Assembly: GCF_000150275.1 (NCBI RefSeq)
Contig: NW_002060976.1
Span: 378,854-442,853, forward strand
From: Trichoplax adhaerens
Taxonomy: Eukaryota > Animalia > Placozoa
Direction: 5' to 3'
DNA: 64,000 nt
A program made the translations under genes and the position numbers. Under the pieces are notes generated by a model, which made no database searches, was not told the origin of the DNA, and was given only the letters and a program-made list of their open reading frames with translations. Shown in pieces: positions 39,075 through 52,273 of this stretch (the stretch's first letter is position 1; each line of letters starts with the position of its first letter).

Positions 39075-42000
39075 TTAGCTACAGAAAACTGGATAGGCAG
39101 TTTGCCTCCAGCATTCTTCCCATCTCTTACGCTGAAAAGTTTTTAAATTTTTTCTGAATAGGTCTATTTTACGCTGCTGATCAGGAAATCCCTTTAACAA
39201 TTCCTATAGTAATGTGTTGAAATTGCATTAAATTGATGACACGGTGAATACAAATTAAATCATTGAAACAGACCTGCATCTGCAGGCATAATTCTTGCTC
39301 GTTTTGAAATATCATTCCATTTTCTTCATGTTTGACGAGTTCATGCAAGCTGCAATTGTTGGTAAATATATTCTATAAGCATATAAATCAACTTATCCGT
39401 TCCCCTTAAAAAATTAGCATTGCCAATGAACTCGAGGTAGCTAAAAAAAAAGCACCCTCAGGCAATTACAACTCATCCGGGTATAACTAACCAATCAAAA
39501 CTGATAGCACAAACTGGCAATCCGCAGCCAAACATATCGACAACCTACAGTAGACAAGAAGAAGGAATTAAGTTAACGTTGACAGACTACCAGTTGGAAA
39601 TACGATAACTCTAGCATAAGAAAGTCACAGAAATGATCACCTTCATAGGCAGATCCAAACCGGAAGAAGATTTATGCAGACATACACCTAAATCGGCAGC
39701 ACCTGTGTGTAGATAGCAACAATACTATCTAAGCATAACAGACCACGACAGTACACGAGTAACTGAAATGATTGTGATTATTATTGAGTATTCTCCAATT
39801 TGCATGTCTACTGTATGCCACATAAAATAGTATCTATTGCCATAACCATCCGAACTAACAGCGTAAATATGGAGTCTCATAATCAGCCAAATTAATTATA
39901 TCAGCAAGGGTAAATCAAACCTAAGATCTTAGGATAGTCTTCTGCTTTCAACCAAGGGGTACATATGGATATGCATTTAAAAGATTTCTTTTGAATCAAT
40001 TCTTGGTAATATTCTTTCAGTGGGCCTTTACCTATTCATTAAATTGTAGCTATTAGAACCAAAGCGAAATTGATTAAGTCAAAATTAATAACTGTTGTTT
40101 ATGTACAGTAGTTTAGACCTGTTATTACGCAAATTAAGCGCGGGTACTTTTTGCTATTACGCAAATTGTTAACCAAATTTTCGTATCCTAATTCGCAAAC
40201 GAAATAAAGTTTATTTTATCATGCGCCAATAACGTAGACTTTCCAAGTATAGGTTACTAGCAGAAAATTTTTGATGTACTAAGGTAGAAATGATACGATA
40301 CAAGCACTACTACTTGTAAATAGTCTACCAAGTACCTTCTAGTGCATTCAATAGTATAGAAAAGTCTTCATCCTCTGAAATAGTTGAATATTTTATGAAT
40401 TCGATATTGTCATATGTGCAAAATGATCCTAGTGATTACTTGGCTATTGATTTCTTACCCGTCCAGCTAGTACTACTGATAAGAAGAGCTGGTCTATCTG
40501 CCTTATATTTGATCGTTTCTCCATCTTTGTAAGTAAATGCTGTATCTTGTGAATTGCTACGTCATCAAGAAATTTAAAGGCGGTTACTTAGCGTCAACAT
40601 GGGTTTTTCAAATAAAAAAATTAGAATAATGTTGTTTCATCCATTGAGAAAATATCCTAAATCCAACCTAGAATCGCCTCGAAATATTTCATATTCGTTG
40701 GCCAAGACTGAAATTATCTAGTCAATTCATAATTATTATAATGTAGAGTAGTTTTAGTCCCATCATCAGTCAATGTCCTTGTAATATTTTACATCATTTC
40801 TATCATAGCAACATTTACTGTTTGGCATACCTTATGCTTACTTTCTAAATCCAATGATTTGAACATAGCCGGAGGTCGATCGTACAGTGTAAATGCTCTA
40901 CTCAATTTAGTACAAAATGAATATTTTTAATCATACTTGGTTACAAATATGGAAAAACATTTAACTTCATTATAATAATCTTCGATGATCCAAACAGGAC
41001 TCATACATGTATTGCAATATGCAGCAATTAGATCAACAGATTTAACGGCTATACGAATGCCTTACTTGATCGACCAATTTTTTTGCAAGTCATCGCGCAT
41101 AGCATTGGTAACGCAAAAATTGGCATCTGATAATCTCCCAAAGAACCTTTCATACCTATCATTGATGTTATGTTTGGATAAGAGCATTGAAGTAGATTTG
41201 AATCTGATCAAATATTGCACCGACGCGTTTATATTAGGTTTAACTATTACTTACCACTTTGATAGTCGTACAAGTATATGTTGTTTCCCTAACGTCAAGC
41301 CTAGAATTGTGTATCCGTAGTTATGCCAATCAATAACCAACTTACTACCTCTTAGTCTACAAACAAACCAAGCAACAGCTATCGTTGGGAAAGCAGGTGG
41401 GTTCTAATATTGAAATACAAAAGTCATCAAGATATTACTTCTCTTTCAATTATGATTATTGTTCTTGTGTCATCATCCTAGTATTACAGTACAAATAGAA
41501 AATTAGTATAAAAGGGAAACACTTGGCTTAACCTGAAGTAATAGAAAATCAGGCTTTGATATTCTAAACATAAGGTATATGGACAGTTGTAGTACAAGGT
41601 AAATGGCTTTCATCAAGTAGCGCAAAAGTCCTGGAAGGCCTAAATTAAATAGATGGATCATGTTACTATAGCATTATTTGATGTACTGATGAAGGATTGA
41701 TAGCTATATTTAGCGGATTTATGGAGGATAAGTGCATGGCTTGTTTATTGTCTGATCTCTTGATCCGATGACGTTATTGACTATTCATGTCCTATACAAA
41801 ACTAAAGCCAAATCACTAATAGCAATCAACTTTATGGTTTCCTAACCGTTTAGACTTGTTGGAGGCTGCATGGCATGAATCTTGATGTTGGTTTGATCGA
41901 TTAGAGCATCATGAGGTTTAGTTCCTATAACACACATTGTATTTGTATCATATTGAAGGAAAAATTCGGATATACCTTTCAATGTTAAAAGACTAGTAAG

Positions 42001-42811
42001 CAATAGCCGAGAACATCCCTTTGCTCAACTCTATCGACAGTCTAATGGCAAGTCTGCACCTTTATTTAGTGCTCTACTAGTCTCGTATCGGTTGCAATGC
42101 TCTACAAGAGGCAAACAGTGTCAATGATCGTACGTTCTTCAGCATCGCTGCACTCATTATAGTAACAAGACATGACAAACGATTAGAAAATTACATGGAA
42201 TAGCCGAGAACATCTCTTTGCTCAACTCTATCGACAGTCTAATGGCAAGTCTGCACCTTTATTTAGTGCTCTACTAGTCTCGTATCGGTTGCAATGCTCT
42301 ACAAGAGGCAAATAGTGTCAATGATCGTACGTTCTTCAGCATCGCTGCACTCATTATAGTAACAAGACATGACAAACGATTAGAAAATTACATGGAATAG
42401 CCGAGAACATCTCTTTGCTTAACTCTATTGACAGTCTAATGCCAAGTCTGCACCTTTATTTAGTGCTCTACTAGTCTCCTAGGAGTCCTATCGGTTTCAT
42501 TGCTCTACAAGAGGCAAATAGTGTCAATGATCGTACGTTCTTCAGCATCGCTGCACTCATTATAGTAACAAGACATGACAAACGATTTGAATATTGCATA
42601 TCATTTGTCATATGGATTAGATGCTATCCTGAATTCCTAATGATCGATTTATGACTTGAATCATTCAATCAATCACTGTATTATTGTAACCACCTGCATA
42701 TCCAACCAGGTCGACTTTCAATCCAGCCTTGGCTAACGATATGCTATGATACTGCATACGAGGGCTCCTACCAATATCGCCAAGTACAAGAACACAAATG
42801 TTCCTATCCAT
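39075..42811 (-). CDS. ALG1: Chitobiosyldiphosphodolichol beta-1,4-mannosyltransferase (GT33), ~431 aa, 15 coding exons
   Basis: Exons (minus strand) 42811-42694, 41924-41847, 41639-41533, 41403-41255, 41155-41066, 40897-40831, 40717-40668, 40556-40459, 40374-40336, 40187-40119, 40031-39921, 39702-39641, 39544-39492, 39349-39274, 39203-39075; total 1296 nt in frame. Hallmark motifs [65 protein letters not shown]. Confidence 0.95.
42002..42590. repeat. 197-bp near-perfect tandem repeat, 3 copies, in ALG1 first coding intron
   Basis: aatagccgagaacatc.ctttgct.aactctat... at 42002, 42199 and 42396; the third copy has a ~10-bp insertion. Confidence 0.95.
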
Positions 42812-43337
42812 CTCTCTTTCTTCTACAAGCAGATGTATGAATTGCGGGATATTCTATGGCCTCTAGCTTTTAATGCAGAATTGGCAACCAAGTATAAAAG
42901 TAGTTTAGCAACCAGCAGCAGCAACTGTCCAAGCTAAAGGAAATCCTTCGACTACCAGGCTCTACTTTTGTAGTCCATGGTAACCCATACCATCCCTAGC
43001 ATGACTGCTGGAACTCCATACTGTATCTGTTCAGAAGAACACTGTTTGCAACAGTATTCTCGATGATTGAGGGTAGCCATACTGTTAGCTATCCTCTATC
43101 GGCACTGTATTGGACAGTAAAATTTTCTACTCATGTAGATTGAGAATTTGTTGCCATTCCGTTGGCTAAAACTTGATTCTATCCAGTATTTCTTCTACTG
43201 TAGTGAGCTACAAATACTTTCTGCCAGTCTTGGCTAACCTTGTCTTGATGGAAAGGATAGAATGCGGTGAAATTGGCCTGAAAACCGGACTGAATGATCA
43301 ACTACACCAGTTGCAATAGATGCCAATACCATGTCAA

Positions 43338-43800
43338 TACTGCAATTTTCCAAGCTATGGCCGTGTTGGTTATCAAGTTGGATCAATCTTTTAACCATAG
43401 AGGTATTTTTCATTTACTGTAATTTTCCAAGCTATGGCCATGTTGGTTATCAAGTTGGATCAATCTTTTAACCATAGAGGTATTTTTCATTTACTGTAAT
43501 TTTCCAAGCTATGGCCATGTTGGTTATCAAGTCGGATCTATGTTGTTGATCCATGTTGGTTGTCAAGTTGGATCAATCTTTTACCCATAGAGGTATTTTT
43601 CATTTACTGTAATTTTCCAAGCTATGGCCATGTTGGTTATCAAGTTGGATCAATCTTTTAACCATAGAGGTATTTTTCATTTACTGTAATTTTCCAAGCT
43701 ATGGCCATGTTGGTTATCAAGTTGGATCTATGTTGTTGATCCATGTTGGTTATCAAGTCGGATCTATGTTATTGATCCATGTTGATTATCAAGTTGGATA
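43338..43800. repeat. Compound minisatellite: 77-bp units interleaved with 36-bp sub-units
   Basis: tactgtaattttccaagctatggccatgttggttatcaagttggatcaatcttttaaccatagaggtatttttcatt (period 77: 43415, 43492) and ccatgttggttatcaagt.ggatctatgttgttgat (period 36: 43515, 43551) share a core. Confidence 0.92.
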
Positions 43801-45129
43801 CTACGTTAGTCAACAGTGCCTTTATTCATCGACTATAACGATTAGATTGCCGAACGATGCTTACTAACTACTCAACAGAAATCCGATTCAACTTAATGAA
43901 GAGAGAGAGAGATCTTGACTAACCATGATCGGTCCAATGAAACTTCACGCTTTCTTCCTTCCTTCCTTTTTGAAGCCATGTGGTGAAAATCCATTGACTT
44001 GCTGAATTGTAAGTCAATTACTTTATTGAATGAATACGAATCAGAAGCAAGACTCACTGAGTTGATATCTCGATCAATTTGTCTTACAGATTCTTGGATT
44101 TAATTCGCCCAAAGATTCTTTTGAAAATACTAACTAACATCGTCGTAAATGTTGGCATAACAAGCCTGGAGGAGGAAGATTATGCCGACATGTTAGTAAT
44201 GATGCTTTAGGGCTAAACTACCACTCACTAAAGGAACTTCTGAAAGGCAAAGTATCCTTTTTCAATAGGTAAGTGTTTATTTAAATATCACAGCAGTAGC
44301 TAGCAGTGTGGAGAGAGTAGACATTTCTATTAATACGGTACTATCATCATCATTGATACAGTAGAAAATTCCCTCATGAAATGATTGACACAGGTCCATT
44401 CGTTCAAAGTAAGTGAGACAAGCTTGAACTCGATAGTCAATCTACTGTCTTGGCATCATCTTGCAGTGTAATGCAAGATGATTTTCGACATCATTCACAG
44501 TACAGTACATCTGTCTACAGTTAACTAAGACCTCATTAAGCCATCAATCGATCATAATTCGTCTCCATATTGACCAATAGCAACATGATCAATGACAAGC
44601 AATGATTGCTTTCATGTATCATGCCGATGCGATTTCACTTTTAAGTTAATTCCGTTGGTAACTTTGTTTCACGGTTCAACTGGAAAATGAATTTACCTAC
44701 CTTCAAGTATGTTATAAGCCAGCTAATGAATGGCCAAGATTTGCACCAAGCATGATTTACAGGCTTAATTGGGTTATATATACAGTATACCCATCATAAG
44801 GTAAATGCAAGTTAACAAATGGACGTACAATTTCAAATTGATCAACTATGCAATTGACAAGTGTACATATAAAACGTTTGTTATGCAATGTCTAATGGTT
44901 GAAATATTACCTACGAGCTCGTGCGATCCTTCAGCCCATGAACGATGATAATATAATAAATTATCGACATAGACGAATAGCTTTAACTGATGATAAGAAC
45001 TTTGGTAACAATTTTGTAAGCTACTCTAAGTTACTGTTGATTGAAATGGCATTGGCGGCTTCGTGCTTGGAATGTGGATACACGATTTTTATGTTTTCAA
45101 TAGTCATATATTTTTAACTGTCATCAATC

Positions 45130-46100
45130 ACAGACATTGCATTGAGTTATAATAACAATAATAACATGCAGGTTTCATTATTCTACTGTAGTAAACTGGA
45201 ATAATGTGGCAAGATGGCTGTAAACTATTTTAAAAGTTTAATTTACTACAATACAATTAACAATTAGAACATGTTTGCTGTGCAATGACTCATTTCTGGA
45301 AAATAAAACTGACAGGATATACAATCCTTTAGCTGATGAATCACATTGGCAGAACAGTACGAAGACATATGGATATTTTTTACGCATTAAAAGAGACTTC
45401 TCCACAAACTAGTAAGCCTTTAAGTAACTATTTTCTGCATGATTACTGGCTGCCTGATGCTCGTATTCCAATTTTATGTTTTATTAGTTATGGATTTCAA
45501 GTGTTTTATCTCATAGACATTGCATTGTACGTGTTACTATTCCTTACAGATTTCGTTTATCCTACTGTGCTAACTCTGAATAATGTTGCCAAAAAAGTTA
45601 AAAGTTTAATTTATTAACAATACAATTTGCAAGTAGAACAACCTTGGCTGTGCAATGGCCAACTTAAAAAAATAAGTAATACTTACAAGATCCACGTACG
45701 AACCTTTAGCGGATAAATCAAGCATGCCTGACACAGATGGATAGTTTTAACTACTGCAATCGAATGAGACTTCTTCAACAAACTTGTAAGCCAACAAGTT
45801 ATTGCTGTTTGTAAGCTCGTTAGCTGCCTTATGCTCGAAACGCTGACGTATGATTCTATGTAGATAGTTTTTATGTATGAGTAGTCCATTTGTTATAATT
45901 TATTGATATTTGCTTAGACGTATTATAATGAGAGACAGGTTTCGTTATCCTACTATGCCAAAGTAGAATAAAGTTGCAAGTAATTAAAGTTTAATTTATT
46001 CTGATCCTTTAGCTGATGAATCACATTTGCAAAATATGACTGACACTAATGGGTAGTGTTAACGACCCAAAAGAGATTCCTACAACAAACTTGTAAGCTA
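45130..46100. repeat. Diverged tandem repeat, ~300-400-bp unit, 3 copies
   Basis: cag(g/a)tttc.tt...ctact.t, aaagtttaattta, cctttagc.gat.aatca and gaga.t.c...acaaact.gtaagc each recur three times. Confidence 0.7.
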
Positions 46101-47517
46101 CTAGCAGAGAATTTCTGGTAAAAATCCCTGCTGCTAAGTTTTTACTTTTTGTGAGGCCGTTGGCTGCTCGTACTTGGAATATCAATTTATGATATTCAAT
46201 TTTAAAAGGTGGGTATTTTACTTGCAATAAGTGGTGGATATTACGAATACTGTACATAATAGCATACTGGTTTCAATATATTACTGTACTAAATTCGAAG
46301 AATGTGAGATGGCTGGAAAATACTTGAAAATTCAAATTTAATTATTAATTTATTATTATTCGTAAACGCTTGCAAAACTGCTTTGTAATAACTAATGCGG
46401 AAAAATATGACTTATCGATGTGCTATTATGAATTTACTACACTGCTCAATCTTTTTACTACTAAGCTTATATTGCTGTTAGGTTTGATTAACTGCATTAT
46501 GATGTTTATAAACACTAATTAATACTTGTATAATATGTTATAACGCTACTTTGCGAGTTAGTGCACTATATGTAATCTCTACTTAAGTCTATCATCATCT
46601 GACTGATCCTCGTATATTGTAGCCATTATGAATACAAGCACAGAAAATATGTTATTACCGATTCCTTTGTGCAATGTAGGAATTTCCGACAGTCTGCATG
46701 GGTGTAAGATAGATCTGATTTGCAACAGATTAATACTTATTTCATTATTAAAGTAATATTAGTAAGGTAAGACAACGTAACTGCAGCAAAACTATGAAAC
46801 AGAAATTGTGGATCACTTTATAAGCTAATAAATCTAGAGAGTGAGATTATATGATAGCATGTATATACATTTTTAATACTATTGGACAATGTATAACGCT
46901 GTGTAAACTGACGACAGTTTCTAAAATCAAGAATTTTAGTTCAAATCAGTATTAACTAGAAATGATGGTCTAGTATCCACTTGCAAAATTATCATAGGTC
47001 GATAGGCAACAAAGCCTTTATTCCTTGTTTAGAGCTATTAGCTAGGACACGCGTAAAGTAATCTGCTGCACCAGTACAAATTGATCTATGCTGAAGTTAT
47101 ATATACAGTATATAAAATATGTTGCACGATGCAAAGTTAAAACTACTAAAGTTAAGCAATGTAAATTCGGACGATAAATTGCTTGAGATCAATTAGACGT
47201 ATTATCCAAATGCGGCTTAAAGCAGCTGCTGTACTAGTTACTTCAAAACTACATTCCACAATAGCGATAAAGTTTAAAATATCGATGCCACTTCATTACC
47301 AAAAGTAATCTTATTCGTTAATATTAGAGTCATGCAAAATTTATTTTACTGTATATTAAAATATTAGACGATTTATTTATCAGGAGCTAAGATGTACAAT
47401 GTTGTACGTGAACTATAACGAGCGAGAGATCTACTAGTATCTTAGTATAACATGTCTCCACAAAAAAATTGAAGAAGAAATGCCCATTATTAATTATGCT
47501 TGGATCACTTATAGCCA

Positions 47518-50500
47518 TCATATGCTTCTCTTCCATCCGGCTATTTTTTCTTCCAGTTGGTCCACTATAGAAATCTTTTTCATCTTACGTAAAGCTGCAA
47601 CCACAACATAAATATCAGCATTTTGCCCGGCATTATTTTCCCACAATTTTAGAACTTTGTACACTTTATCGTAGCGGCTCTGTTCTCTTAATTTAATTTC
47701 GTCAATTTCTGTCTCTGACAAATGCAACAAGATTCCCAAACGTAATAAATCGTCTATATGGAGTTTCTCTGCTATTATATCGAAGAACCCTGTATCCATT
47801 TCTATATTAAAAATAAAATGGAGAACATGAACTATTGTTCAAGTCGCCAAGGTTGTATCTGATCTAGAATGCATGATTAGCAATGATATAGCAAATGCTT
47901 TTTCATAATAACTGTAATTTTAAAACTGATGATATTTTATAAAATGCAACCTGCTGTTAATACTACGATTTAGGATTTTTAATTGTCGCTTTAGGTTTGA
48001 TTCAATTTTATTACTATGAACTCTTCTAAAAGCTTACTGGATAAACAATCTGAACAAATTTTAAATCGGAAAATTAACTCATAAAATGATTATCTACTAT
48101 TCGGATGTTTCACTGGTGGTTAGCTAATCTTATAAAGCTTACTAGACAAACAATGTAGAAAAAAATTAAGATTGAATATTTTTTAATTTATAAATCATTA
48201 TTTATTGTGTCAAGTAGCTTACTAGTAGCTAGAATATTCTAATTACGATCTTAAAAATTCGTTGGCGATATCATTATCTAGTAAAACTGGATGCGATCAT
48301 ATCATCAGTGGCAAACGTAGCTGAAAGTATTACATCAATTGACGAGGTAAAGTATTCCTATGTTAGAATTTATACGGAGTAATGGCTCTTAATCATATTT
48401 GAATCAATCTAAAATTGAATTACTAAATGCAATTGAGAATGATTGATAGATATCAATTCAATAGAGGTTTACCTTCATCTTTGGTATCTTTCCATCGGTC
48501 TAAAGTAGTGGAATAAAAATAGCAATAATCGATTAATAGTTCTATCGTTCAAGTAATCAGTACAGTAAATTAGTGCCCATAATTCTTGATAATAATCAAC
48601 TATTGTTTACGCTATTACAAAATCACCTTATATTAAATAGTAAAATAGCTATGATAGAGTACATTTATGCCTCTTTGCTTGCTCTAGCGTATGACTATAG
48701 TTTATTATATCATGAAAAGTGATAATATAAGAATGAAGCTGCTGTTTATTCTTACATGCTTACCTATCCAGAAATTTTCATTATAAATCATCCAATCGTT
48801 CAAAGATCGACTCTCAAAGTACATATTACAATGCTTACATTGAATGCAATTTTGATCTCCTTCCTTGTATTCTTCGGTTATACTTGTTTGTGTATTACAT
48901 TCACTACATTTGACGAAATATCGACAATCAGCCCCTTTAAACTTGACCATCCTTTCATTGACAGTGGAGATGAGTTTATTCTTGACAATTTCGTGTGGCC
49001 GTTTGACAAATATAGAATTTTTAACTTTATCCTTAATCAATTGACTTGTCTTGGGCTCATTTATTTTCTGATAGCAATATTGTAAACCGATGTGAGATTC
49101 CTCTTTCTTGACTACAAGGTAATGATCGTCATTTTCTAAATAATATCTGGAACATTGATAGCATAATTTTACGTCCTTATTATTCCATTCCTTTAAACAA
49201 GAAGATAATAAGCAATAATAAATTCCATCTGGAAGATATGGAATATCTGTACGCTCGTATCCGATGTAGAGCCAATCTGATTGATGACATTTTGGTAAAT
49301 CAAATGGCTTAACATCATCTCGTAACAAGTATGGAACAAAGTATTGACATTCTTCTCCGTTGTCGTTCTTCTCATTTGTAATTGAACATAGAATATCATA
49401 AGCATCCATGAGTGCCAATATAGTTTGCTTACTATCGTCGTCTAAATTAAATTTATAAATAGCATGATCAATGTAGGATCTTGATAATTTTCCTGTTGTG
49501 CTGGCTTTCTCATAGTCGCGTTGTATCTGTGCACCTCCTTGTACAAAATCTTGTAATTGAATAATGGAACGAAATATATTTAATAACCAATCGACATTAG
49601 TTATAATAATTCCGTCGTCGCCTACTTTATCACAGTAGATGACTTCTCCTAAATCGTGTAGATACATTAGCATAGCGATTAATTCATCATGGTTTTCATA
49701 TAATCCGTATTGTTGAGACAAGGTTACTATTTGTTGCATTGTCATAATATTATGGACTTGAGAATGTCTAATTTCATTGATAATTGAAGATGCGGATTGA
49801 TTGTTACTGTTAGTAGGGAGCGATTTATTTAATATTGTAGCCATGATATACCATCGAATAGGTATAGGATTCGTAATAAATGGCAGCGATTGTACAAATG
49901 CCTTAATGATACCATGTAAACGAAGACAACATTGTCGACGCTGCTGCAGTGTCGACGGAGTACTATCAAGAGGATTGCAATCAAAAATAATACCAGAAGA
50001 ATAGATATGACTGGCATAAGAAGGCATGCGAGACGTCAATGTAGACACAAATTGATTGAATCGAGTACGTCCATCTTCTTCATTGGTAATATAATCGCCA
50101 TGAGAAGCTACTAAAATAATAATAGGTAATGAATGCTGTGAAGGTGGTAAATGCTGTCCATCTTCACTTTGAATGTTGACATTGATGGTACTTTGGCTTG
50201 TATGGCCAGCTATGATTGATGTAAGCCATTCTTGCATAGCTTGTAAATACGTCGTTTTGAGTGATTGGTTGTTCCTTGTTGTTACCTTGTCGTTAATGTC
50301 TTGATTAATATTAAATACTAAAATATAAATACTATTGACGGAGATAAAGGGATAATGAGTAACATGATAGACGGCATGACCTGCGAAATCCCATATTTTA
50401 ACATACTGATTTTTATCGTCTTTGTCTGTATTTTGATCGACGATCGACGAACAGTAATATTGATGTAAGCCTCGTTTAGACTGTGATTGAATTGGAATCT

Positions 50501-52273
50501 CTTTCCTTGCTATCGCTCCATCTTGCGTAATGACATCAGTTGCAGAAGAATCGACACTGTGTTGTTGCCCATTTGACACAGGTGGATTATTGGTTATAAC
50601 GGGTTGATGTATTGGATCCATGTCGGTTACTGGCTGACTGAGGTTATGTTGACGATCGATACTTGTTTGGGCTAAGTCTTGTATGACTGTCTTGACTTTA
50701 TCGTCTAGTATTTCAGTCCAATCACAACCCTCTAAGTTCATAACATTATAATATGCAGTCTCTACCGTAATATCCAAATTCTCAGCCACTTGTGTCGGAG
50801 ATGGATTGTTGAGTCGTTGGTTGGTAAATATTTTTCGAACAGAAGTTTTCCCCACATTGCGAGCGCCAATGAACATGCCTCGTATTAAATGATTAAAGCA
50901 ATGACCATGTTTTAAGCTTTTGCGATATGCATTGTAATATTTCTTTTCTTGCAAAGCTGTAGAACAACAAAATACAGAATAGGGTTACGGTTATCCATCG
51001 CTCTCTTGTCTACTACTGTATTACAACTCCACTTACCTTTCTCTTGTACGTCTTGATTGTTGTGACTGCCGTCGATAGTATTTGCTGGCGCTGTGACGTT
51101 GTTGGTTTGATTCGGTTGAAATAGTTCAACGATACTTTTGATCCAATTTCTCGCTATTGATGTCGACGATTTCTGCTTCTGGAGAGTGATTTCGATATTC
51201 TTTCCTATCCTTGTAACTAGGCCATCATTTCCGCTTGAGGCTGCGATCTGGAGTGACTTGTTAAAGTTATCCACAGCCTGATCGTACTTGCCTTGGTGAT
51301 GATAGACAAGTCCTATGTTGTGATATAAGTTGGCAACATGGGGATGATTGTGACCAAGGACTGACAATCCAATTTGCAGTGACTTGTTATACATATCCAC
51401 AGCCTGATCGTACTTGCCTTGGTGATGATAGACAACTCCTATGTTGTTATATGAACTGGCAACATGGGGATGATTGTGACCAAGGACTGACAATCGAATT
51501 TGCAGTGACTTGTCAAACATATCCACAGCCTGATCTGACTTGCCTTGGTGATCATAGACAACTCCTATGTTGTGATATGACCACGCAACATGGGGATGAT
51601 TGTGACCAAGGACTGACAATCGAATTTGCAGTGACTTGTTATGCATCTCCATAGCCTGATCTGACTTGCCTTGGTGATCATAGACAACTCCTATGCTGTT
51701 ATATGACCGCGCAACATCAGGATGATTGTGACCAAGGACTGACAATCGAATTTGCAGTGACTTGTCAAACATATCCATAGCCTGATCGTACTTGCACAAG
51801 TCCCAGTAGACGCACCCAATTTGATGATAACTATCGGCAAGACGAGCATCCTTTTCGTCTAACCATTTTAATTTCATTTCCAACGATTTCTTACCGTCTT
51901 CCAATGCTCCGTTGAAATCTTCTTGGCATCTCTTAATCTCGCTTTCTCTTTGTAAACATTGAGCCATGCTCACTTCATCTTGCAGTTTAGTAGCCACAGT
52001 TTGTCCCTTTTCACTCCATTCAACAGCTTCCTTGAATTGATATTGTAAAGTGTAAATGTCACAAAGACCAAGATAAATATCGCATGCAAGTCGATCAATA
52101 TCCGCACTAGGATTCGACAGCGAAGCAATCGCATCGACAGCTTGTGTATAACAAGATAGTCCGTCCACCAAGTGGAAGGCAGTCTTGCATGAGTTGCCCT
52201 TGTCGTACAGTGATTGTATACGGGTATGGTGAGGAAGCCCACTCGTGGAAGAGACAGATTCATCATCAGCCAT
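47518..52273 (-). CDS. ROCO protein copy 1: TPR repeats - Roc GTPase - COR - Death domain, ~1246 aa, 4 coding exons
   Basis: Exons 52273-51037, 50956-48764, 48499-48473 (27 nt) and 47801-47518. All three introns are GT-AG and phase 1, total 3741 nt in frame. Roc motifs GARNVGKTS, WDFAGH, YILVFN, LVASHGD; COR motifs IPIRW, YLHDLGEVIY, YFVPYLL; Death domain (LLRLGILLHLSETEIDEI...VLKLW...VVAALRKMKKISIVDQL). A 5'UTR intron is likely at 52280-52859. Confidence 0.9.
48473..48499 (-). CDS. 27-nt phase-1/phase-1 linker microexon of ROCO copy 1 (DRWKDTKDE)
   Basis: TTTATTCCACTACTTTAG|ACCGATGGAAAGATACCAAAGATGAAG|GTAAAC; homologous to the 27-nt exon in copy 3. Confidence 0.8.
51260..51845 (-). repeat. 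126-bp (42-aa) TPR tandem repeats in ROCO copy 1
   Basis: The anchor ggactgacaatc occurs at 51358, 51484, 51610 and 51736 (exact 126-bp period). Confidence 0.95.

Noticed and set aside
40985-41320. 111-aa + strand ORF (also 42746-42937)
   Set aside because: Antisense shadow of ALG1 exons.
43500-43800. 36-bp unit translates on the minus strand as MDQQHRSxLITN, faintly like the Roc insert
   Set aside because: The adjacent 77-bp units break the frame and introduce stops, and no Roc/COR motifs flank it.
50912-50956. Overlap of the TPR ORF and Roc-COR ORF suggesting two genes or a programmed frameshift
   Set aside because: An 80-bp GT-AG intron (51036-50957), conserved in copy 2 (58320-58241), joins them in frame. 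The shared 'MQEK' starts in the ORF track are GTG/TTG artefacts at acceptor sites.
51379-51654. Repetitive + strand ORFs (also 58735-58938) and alternative-frame ORFs 51970-52266 and 59107-59424
   Set aside because: Shadow frames of the 126-bp TPR repeats and the TPR exon; no independent evidence.
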